This document shows positions 55,867-64,000 of a stretch of 64,000 nt of DNA, in pieces (position 1 is the stretch's first letter; every line of letters begins with the position of its first letter). The notes beneath the pieces were generated by a model, which ran no database searches, was not told the DNA's origin, and saw only the letters and a program-made list of their open reading frames with translations. This stretch comes from Lama guanicoe. Lineage: Eukaryota. Both the position numbers and the translations under genes were made by a program. Where the stretch lies: NCBI GenBank assembly GCA_013239625.1, contig MU053810.1, forward strand, positions 124,001 through 188,000. Reading direction: 5' to 3'.

Positions 55867-56411
55867 TGAAGAAGGCCAAAGGGATATGTCATCCCCAAAA
55901 TACGCCTCTTTAACATGAAATTATTTTGAGCTAAAGGCAGTTAACACCAGAAATTGGCACATTGTAATTGACTGGACTGTACTTCAATTAAAAAAATTAA
56001 TAAATAAAGGCAGTTAAGATGCAAGTAAGTGTAGAAGAAGCTCCCCTGTATAAAGGCAGGAAATAAATTCTCCTTTCACTGGAGACAGACTCTTACCAGC
56101 AGAGTGGAATCAGCAAACGAACCTTGTTCAGCTAACTCTTCTCATCTCACTTATGTCTTCACCATTTACGACCCTAATTCCAAACCCCTTTGTCTTGTCC
56201 ATTCTCCACAAATTTACTGTTTGCCAACAAGGTATAAAAGCTTCCTGCTCTGGTCACTTCTCGCGATGTCCCTTCTCCTCAGGAAGGCTCCTGGGCACAT
56301 GTGAAAATTCAGTACCACGTATATGCTTTTTTCCCTATTAGTCTTCATGAGTTTCATCTTTGGACCCAACCACGGAGCCTCCGAGGACTGAAGAAAACCT
56401 CTTTCTTTCCA
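55867..56411 (+). mobile_element. MER34-like ERV1 solo LTR containing a tiny L1 insertion
   Basis: atatgtcatccccaaaatacgcctctttaacatgaaattattttgagctaaaggc resembles the MER34 5' end; right boundary approximate. Confidence 0.65.
55945..56004 (+). mobile_element. 60-bp extremely truncated L1 3' end with a perfect 13-bp TSD
   Basis: TAAAGGCAGTTAA at 55932-55944 and 56005-56017. Insert caccagaaattggcacattgtaattgac...tacttcaattaaaaaaa resembles the terminus of the L1 at about 29425-29470. Confidence 0.85.
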
Positions 56412-56504
56412 GGAAGGCCAAAAAGCATAGCCCTGCGCTGTTAGTCTTAGACAGCAGTCTGAGAAATACTGGTGGTGACAGTGGGATGATAAAAGGCAAT
56501 GTGA

Positions 56505-56698
56505 CAACAAGGACCTACTGTAGAGCACAGGGAATTATATGCAATTCCTTGTAATAACATTCAACAGAAAAGAATCTGAAAAGAAAAAATATATATATAT
56601 GTGTGTGTGTATGGTATATGTATAATTGAATTGCTCTGCTGTACACCTGAAACTAACATTGTAAATCAACTACACTTCAATAAAAAATGTAAAAAAAT
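56505..56698 (+). mobile_element. Short L1 3' UTR fragment (cetartiodactyl type)
   Basis: caacaaggacctactgtagagcacaggga...gctgtacacctgaaactaacattgtaaatcaactacacttcaataaaaaa. Confidence 0.85.
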
Positions 56699-57424
56699 TT
56701 TTTAAAGCAGTGTTATGGCAGCTCTGCCCTGAAACCCACAAGACTGTCATTTAACTAAGCGGAGCGAGTGGAAAAGACCCAGGTGACTTGGCCACAAGAG
56801 CCACGCAGCCTTGTTTACCCCAGAGCAAGGCTGGTTATAAATGTGTTTTCCAAGAACCATTGCCTGTCTTTACATTTGATCCTAAGGGGAAAGTAGTCCT
56901 GAAATAGGCAGCTTGTGATTAAGAGCAGCTGTAAACAAAGCATTTTTCAGCTGTGAAACCCCCAGGCCCAGATAATAGAAATGGACTTTTTCTTCACCCA
57001 GCCTGGAGAAAGAAACTATCGGTCTTTTCCTCGATCAAGTCCCAGCTGGGCAGCCCAGGGACTGCCCTCCTCCCACACAGGGCACCCACCCGCCTGTCCG
57101 TATGATCTTCACTCTTCATCTGTCTCTGGTGTCCCCACACTCTGCTCCTGAGTGGGGATGCGCTCACCCACTCCAGGAAGATTAAGGGTTTATTTCCTGA
57201 AACCTCTGTCCTCAGCATTTCCTTCCTTCAACAAATCCTACTTTAATAATAAAAATATCTTTATTCTCCGAATTCAGTTTCACAGCATCTTCCCAGCCTC
57301 AATCTGTTCAGAAATGTCCAAAACACAAACACTTGCCTCTCCATGGAATGGACCGGATTTAACCCCTTGTGTGCCATTACATTTTGATTCTGGCCCTTTC
57401 GCCTTCACCCTAACTGCCCCCTCC

Positions 57425-57718
57425 CCAGCACACCTCAGTAGGGGACTGTATTTGGAGACAGGGCTTTAAAAAGGTAACTACAGTTAACTGAGGTCATACA
57501 GGTCTAGTAAGAAGAGACACCAGGGACGCACACAGAGGCTGTGCCATGTGAGCACACGGTGAGAAGGCAGCCATCTGCACGCCAAGGATAGAGGCTTCAG
57601 GAAGAACCAAACCTGCTGACACACTGTCCTTGGACTCCACGTGAGGGGGACTCATTTCTACTGTTTAAAGTCACCCAGTGTATGGTGTCATGTGACAGCA
57701 CCCCAGGCAGATGAGTTC
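57425..57718 (+). mobile_element. MLT1B-like MaLR LTR fragment
   Basis: gactgtatttggagacagggctttaaa...tgagaaggcagccatctgcacgccaagga...aaccaaacctgctgacac. Confidence 0.75.
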
Positions 57719-59675
57719 ACCGGGCGACTTAAAGGGTCTCCATATCCATGAGTCTGTCTTTGAATATACATTGTTATTTCTTCAAGGTTTATGGGGGGAA
57801 GCACTTTTGCTTTTTTCTGTATTGTATGCTTTTTTATCCACCTAATCAAATCATCTCGTATCAAATGAAAAATATGGGGTTCTTGTTTCCAAGGTGTACA
57901 CAGTCCAGTGTGTATGTGTGTGTGTGTGGGGGGGGACTAAGACACACAAACAAGTGAAACACGGTGCAGATGGTTTGATGTTGGGGGGAGAGGGGGTGGA
58001 GTGCTTTGGAAGACCTCAGAAGGGCATTGAGAAGAGGCCCAGGGCACAGGGCAGGACAGAGTGAATCTGAGCTGTCTTGAAGGAGGAGCGGTATTTAGTC
58101 AAGTGGAGAAAGGCCCAGGCAATGCCCAGTCATTTGAGTGATCATGAAAGTTTTTGCTGAATTAATTTTCAGGGAAAGAGAGTCAATGAAAGAAGGGTTC
58201 AGTGAGCATCTTCGGCAATCCCACCACACGGCAGGCAGCTAGTTTGTATCTGGGGAGCTACGAAGTAAGTTCAAGTTGACTATCAGGACCACCAGTGACC
58301 AATGACTTGCCCAACTGTGACCCAGGCTGCTGTGGATGGGAGAAATCTGTGTTTAGAAAAGGCTTCCTGAAGGAGATGTCCTGACCTTCTCTGTGTCTCC
58401 AGAGTCCAGCACAGCTCTCAGTGAACTGCAGAAAAGTGCCAGCTGATTCCCAAAGGAAGGACCTGGGAGGAAGAGCATGACAGGCAGGGAGCAAGAAGAG
58501 AGGTGAGGCAAGGATGGACAAGATATGCCAAGAAGCCTGATGCATCTGTAAGACGTGACTGGTGAGGATGAAGTCAAATCATGAAGAATTCTGAAAACCA
58601 GGTGGTGGAGGCTGGATGGGCTGCATTGGACGGCACTCAATTCTGAGCCGCCTGTGATCTAAGGCAACCTACTTCTCAGAGAGATGCCACTGAGACTGAC
58701 CATCTGTGCATGTGGGCATGGGGCGAGGGACAGTTGGGAACAAGAGTCCTTTTGCACGTGTGCACACTGTCTTCCAGTGAAGGTCTGTCCCTGCCATCCT
58801 GGAGATCCGCTGCTTTGACATCCTTGATCCTGTGGGCTTCCTGCCACCCTTAGATGCACCTCAGAAGAGGAAATCCATTCCTCTGACTCCCTGTCAGCCA
58901 GCTCTGCAGTGGACACTGATTCTCCATCCATCCAGGCAGCAGCTTTCATTGCTTTCGGTGGGGCCTCAGTGATTCCTTACAGTCCTCTCTCCCTGGTTTC
59001 CAACTACGCCCTCCAGTTCCCATCCAGCTGCCCCTCAAGGAAGGAACTGAAGGCGTTTTAATGTTGTATGTGAAACTTGCCTGCTGAGACTCTGATAAAG
59101 AAATTTTACTTTTGCGTTACTCGTGAGAGAAGGACAAAAGGATTTGTTAAAAAAACACCAACATGCTCAAGATACAGAGAAAACAGCTAACCTCCTCCAA
59201 CTCCAACACCTGTTCACAGTCCAGAAAAAGATAAGTTAATTACAAATCATTTTTAGATTTGTGTATTCCAAGAGGGTAAAGCGTGTCTTATTCACATTGA
59301 ATCCCCAGTATCTAAGACTTATATTCCAGTGAGAGAGGAGGAGAAAGAAAATAAATGAACAGACAGACAGATGTGCAACACTCAGAGTGTGGAATGCTGT
59401 GGGGAGAGTGGGAACAAACCTGGGATAGCTACCGGGTGCAGCCCCTTCTGTGTGGGCGCCGAGACGGCCCCACTGGGTGGCGGGAAAGAGCCATCCAAGT
59501 GACGATCAGGGGAAGAGCTTCTGGGCAAAGGGCTGAGCCAGTGCTAAGTTCCGTAGCACAGCACAGGCCTTATAGGGCATTTGGGGACCAAAAAGGAAGT
59601 CAGAGTGACTGGGGTCTGGTAGGTAATGAACAGAGTGGTTGAGAAAGACAAAGGCCCAGATCATGCAGGGCCATG

Positions 59676-60029
59676 AGTTACAGGTTGAATGTTTATATTC
59701 CCCCTTCAACAAATTCATATGTTGACCTAACCCCCAATGTGATGGTATTAGGAGGCGGGGCCTTTGGGAGCTGATCAGGTCATAAGGGTGGAGCCCTCAT
59801 GAATGGGGTTAGTGCCCTTATAAAGACCCCAGAGAGCTGGCTTGCCCTACTCCCATCATGTGAGGACACAGGGAGAAGCCGGCGGTCTTCAGCCTGTTAT
59901 AGGGCCCGGTCACGCTCACACTCTGATCTGGGAGTTCCAGGCTTCAGAACTGTGAGAAATACATTTCTGTAGCTTAAAAGCCACCTACTCTATGGTCCTT
60001 TGTTATGGCAGCCCAAATGGATGAAGATG
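59676..60029 (+). mobile_element. MLT1A-like MaLR solo LTR
   Basis: aaattcatatgttga...cccaatgtgatggtattaggaggcggggcctttggg...gggtggagccctcatgaatggg...cagaactgtgagaaata; flanks CCATG/TCATG (5-bp TSD, one mismatch). Confidence 0.85.
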
Positions 60030-60469
60030 TCATGTACACTAAGATTCAAATGGGGTGGCTTTATTCTACATTTGATGACATATCACTGGAGGATTTTCAG
60101 CCAGGGGACAGGTGAACTGGTTTACAGTTTTCAAAGATCATTCTGGCTGCCTGCCACGTGGAGAACAGGTTATAGAGACAAGAGTAGAGGCAGGCAGATC
60201 ACTGAGGAGCTACTGGAGGATCCGGGGGACAGAGTCTGGTGGCTCAGCTTGGAGAACACTGGAGTCTAAGAAGTACTCAGACATGAGGTGTGTTCTGGTG
60301 ACACAACACACAGGACTCACTGATCAGGCTGACAGAAAGCATGCTGGAAGGAGAGGAATCAGGAATGTCTCCTAGATTCTTGACTTGAGGAACAGCTAGA
60401 TGGTGGTGTCATTTTTTGAAATGGGGGATCCCTGTGAAAGAACCAGTTTAGAGGGATTAAAAATGAGGG

Positions 60470-60650
60470 CAGAACTTCCTGATGATGAAAACGCTGTTGG
60501 TCTGCAGTCTGGTGTGGTGACCACTAGCCACAGCAAGCTGCATGAATTTCAAACATGGCTAGTGCAACTGGAAAACTGACTTTTAAATCTTATTTACTTT
60601 TACTGAATGTAAATAGCTCTGTGGCTCTACCATACTGAGTTGCACAGATC
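60470..60650. mobile_element. MER3-like hAT-Charlie fragment
   Basis: ccactagccaca...atggctagtgcaactgga...ttttaaatcttattta...aaatagc...gtggct...ctaccatactg. Confidence 0.65.
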
Positions 60651-62829
60651 TAGAACCTTGGGTAGGACATGGAAATCTAAGATGCCTACTGGATAGAGAC
60701 CTCAAGCAGGTGCCCTTAGATTTGAGTCTGAAGTTCAGTGGGAAGATCAGGGCTAGAGTTCAAAAGGAGCAAGTCATCGGCATGTGGATGGTCTTAAAGC
60801 CAAGAGGGTAGAACTGATCAACCACCGGGTGACTGTAGTTGGGTAAGGAAAAGGTATTTGAGTGCTGAGGATGCCAACACTCAGATAAGGAAGAGCCTGC
60901 AAAGGACCGGACAGAAGTAGGAAGCAAAGGAAAGGTGTGGGGCCGTGGAAACCAAGGAGGATCTGGTCAACCCTGACAGATGCTGCAGAGAGACCTTGGG
61001 GCTGTTGATGTCCAAGTACACAGGAAAGGGTACCTAGGACGGGCCTCTCTGAGCCTCGTTTTTCTCATCTATACCCGAGAGAATTATACCTGATCTAAGA
61101 ATAAAGTGAGACCACGAAGGGAAAATCCTGAGGCTGACTCCCCACATGCTCCAGTGGTTTGTAAATGTGGGTCCCCTTCTCCCTTCTCTGCCGGGGATCT
61201 CAGAGGAGGAGCCAACCCCTGACTGACAAGAAATCAGTGAAGAAATCAGCTGCTGGAAACAGGGAGTTGCAACGAGAGGAGGGTGATGTAAGGGCTTCTG
61301 GTTCTACCAACAGGAGAGCCCCCTGCTCTTTGCTCTGCTCCCCACAAACAGACTGGCTTTTGTTTTGTTTTGGGTTTTTTTGATGATACCCATGCCTTTG
61401 ATTAGAATGGAAATTTGTGAAAATGTCAGCCTTCTTACCTAATCTCACAACTTTGTACTGTGGCTTCTGTATTAGGTAGATACATTTCTATAACCTTATA
61501 TAATGAGGACTTGCAGTGGGAGGGTCAGAACGCTGTTGATCTAGGACAGGACATTTCCTGGGACGATCTAGGTTAATGAAATACTCACTGACCTGCCAGT
61601 GACCCTGTAGAACACACACAGCACAAGCTTGGTATTAACAGATGTCCTTGAATATATTAAATATAACTTTTGGAAAAATTACATAATGAACTATTTGTTA
61701 CCTATTGGCCTTCCTACCATTAGTTCCAGTGAGGAAAATCTTGCTTGGCCACAATGATTTTTCTATTCTAATTCTTTAGTATTAAAATACTTTTGCATTC
61801 CTGGAGTTGATGACAATTGGAAGAGATTGGAGACGGCTCTGGAAGGGTCTGGTGTATGGCTTGGTTACAGGAGTCCGTAAAATTGCTACCTCTTGTACAG
61901 GGGATTGCCAGTTGGTTGTAAATGCATCCTTGTCTGTCTTGGGTAACTGACTTTGTTAAAAACTCATGGAGAACAATTACACAATTTCACATATGCTCAG
62001 AGACTCAGAATCTAAAGACAAGTTAATAGGGCCCTAATTTATGACAAGTCTAAAAAATGCATTTTAATTCCTTTGTCCAACTTTAATTGATTATACGTAT
62101 TTATATTCATTCTAGTGTTTCTCAGCCAATCTCTACTGAAAATCTTATAGTAGCTCTGTGGGACAGCACATGCATTTAGGAAACATGAGAAAGATCTAAC
62201 AATGCTTTCAAAAAACCACAACCCAAATAAAAATTGTCTACCTATTGTTCAGACTTGATTAGATCTGCAGAGTTCAAGTTTACTTTCTATCAATGACATT
62301 GACAAATGTGCAAGGTCACAGCTGCCCACTGCAGGGTTTCCAGGCTCTAGGTCACCTTGCTACCTGTTGAAACATCACATATTTTTATCTTTCTAATTCC
62401 TATTCACCATTCAGATCCTAGTCTGAATAGCACTATTTCAAAAAAGCTTTTCTTGACCTGTTGACCCCTAGACCAGATTAGGTCCTTCCTTCCTCCGTTA
62501 CACTTTCTCTTAGCATCTGTATCTCTGCACAGCACTCACCAGGCAGAACTAACTATTGGCACATTTGTCTGGGCGATGCTTGTCCTCCTACTCCACCCCC
62601 GCCTATTCCAGATTGTGAACTACACCAAGGCAGCCAGCCACTTTTCTGACAGTTTCACCCAGAGCCTAGCAAGGTATCTGACATAGACAAAAAACTAACT
62701 AAATCCATGTTGAATAAACAAAGATGTTGCACATGCGAGCAAATACACATACACACACTAGAAAACAGTGAGTGTGATCTGGTGTAGCTGGGCATGGCAC
62801 ACTCAAGCAGTCAAGCACATCCTCAAAAC

Positions 62830-63912
62830 ACGTACCGTATAGAAACTTGTACATAAATGTTCACAGAAAAATTATTCACAATAGCCAAATGTCCATCAGC
62901 TGATGGTTAGATGAACAATGGTACAGCCATATAATTCATACAAGGACAGTTATTCAGCCACTAAAAAGAGTGCAGTACCCCCAGTGTTCACAGCAGCACT
63001 ATTTACAATAACCAAGACATGGAAACAGCCTAAATGTCCATCAACAGATGACTGGAGAAAGAAGATGTGGTATATTTATACAATGGAATACTATTCAGCC
63101 ATAAAAATGACAACATAACGCCATTTGCAGCAACATGGATGCTCCTGGAGAATGTCATTCTAAGTGAAGTAAGCCAGAAAGAGAAAGAAAAATACCATAT
63201 GAGAGCACTCATATGCGGAATCTAAAAAAAAAAAAACAAAACCAGATCATAAATACAAAACAGAAACAGACTCATAGACATAGAATTCAAACTTGTGGTT
63301 GCCAGAGGGGAAGCGGGTGGGAAGGGACAGATTGGGAGTTTGAAATTTGTTACCAACAGGCATATGTAAAATAGATAAACAAGATTATACTGTATAGCAC
63401 AGGGAAATGAATACAAGATCTGTGGTAGCTCACAGCGAAAAAGAATGTGACACAATGAATATATGTATGTTCATGTATAACCGAAAAATTGTGCTCTATA
63501 CCAGAAATTGACACAACACTGTAAACTGACTATAACTCAAAAAAAAAAAAAACAGGAGTGCAGTACTGTTATACATGGCATAACCCTGCAAACACATACA
63601 AAACATTATGCTACGGGAAAGAAACTGGACACAAATGTCCGCATTTTGCATGATTCCACGTATATGAAATGCCCCAGAGAGGCAAATCTATAGAGATGTA
63701 GACTCGTGGTTGCCAAAAGCTGAGAGGAAGATGAAACAGGAAATGACCACTAATGGGTACAGAGTTTATTTGGGGGGTGATGAAACATTTGGGGGAGTTA
63801 CAGAGTGGTGATAATTGTACCGTCTTGTGGATGTACGAGAAACCATTGAACTGTATTCCTTAAAAGGGTGTATTTATGGTATGTGATTTATATCTCATTT
63901 ATTTTTAAAAAA
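62830..63912 (+). mobile_element. Old L1MC/ME-like 3' end, interrupted by a young L1
   Basis: acttgtacataaatgttcacag...tattcagccactaaaaagag|...|gagtgcagtactgttatacatgg...atgggtacagagtttatttggggggtgatgaaa. Confidence 0.8.
62979..63552 (+). mobile_element. Young 5'-truncated L1 with TSD, related to the copy at 17706-18444
   Basis: ORF2 C-terminal peptide FTAALFTITKTWKQPKCPSTDDWRKK; A-tail ending at 63552; GAGTGCAGTAC duplicated at 62968-62978 and 63556-63566. Confidence 0.93.
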
Positions 63913-64000
63913 TGCCCTCTTTCCTTTTTCTAGACCCATTATTTTATCGCCCAACGTGCACAAGGCATTTATACCAACCTGAGAAGTAGGCTAGTGTTTT

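Larger units (their letters stand above)
59560..60970 (+). mobile_element. Degenerate L2 LINE hosting MLT1A-like and MER3-like insertions
   Basis: L2-like motifs: cagatcatgcagggcc, aaagatcattctggctgc, aggactcactgat, gtctgaagttcagtgggaagatcagggctaga. Boundaries approximate. Confidence 0.65.

Overview
Mammalian genomic DNA, not prokaryotic. It is most likely camelid (alpaca/camel), inferred from a Vic-1-like tRNA-derived SINE and the L1 3' ends. The window holds the 3' part of CAMK1D (calcium/calmodulin-dependent protein kinase ID) on the minus strand: eight coding exons (exons 4-11 by human numbering; 139, 127, 76, 113, 79, 88, 118 and 119 coding bp, all GT-AG, phases joining into one frame) and the start of the 3' UTR, which appears to run off the left edge. 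Exons 1-3 lie beyond the right edge. The rest is intron filled with L1, L2, MIR, LTR and DNA-transposon remnants, plus a 105-N gap. I found no evidence of a new multi-gene system. The best second-look items are an apparent L1 3' transduction bounded by a 17-bp target-site duplication, an inverted MER31-like solo LTR nested in a related solo LTR, and a tandem donor at exon 10 that allows three different C-termini. Repeat family names come from recalled consensus sequences and were not checked by search.
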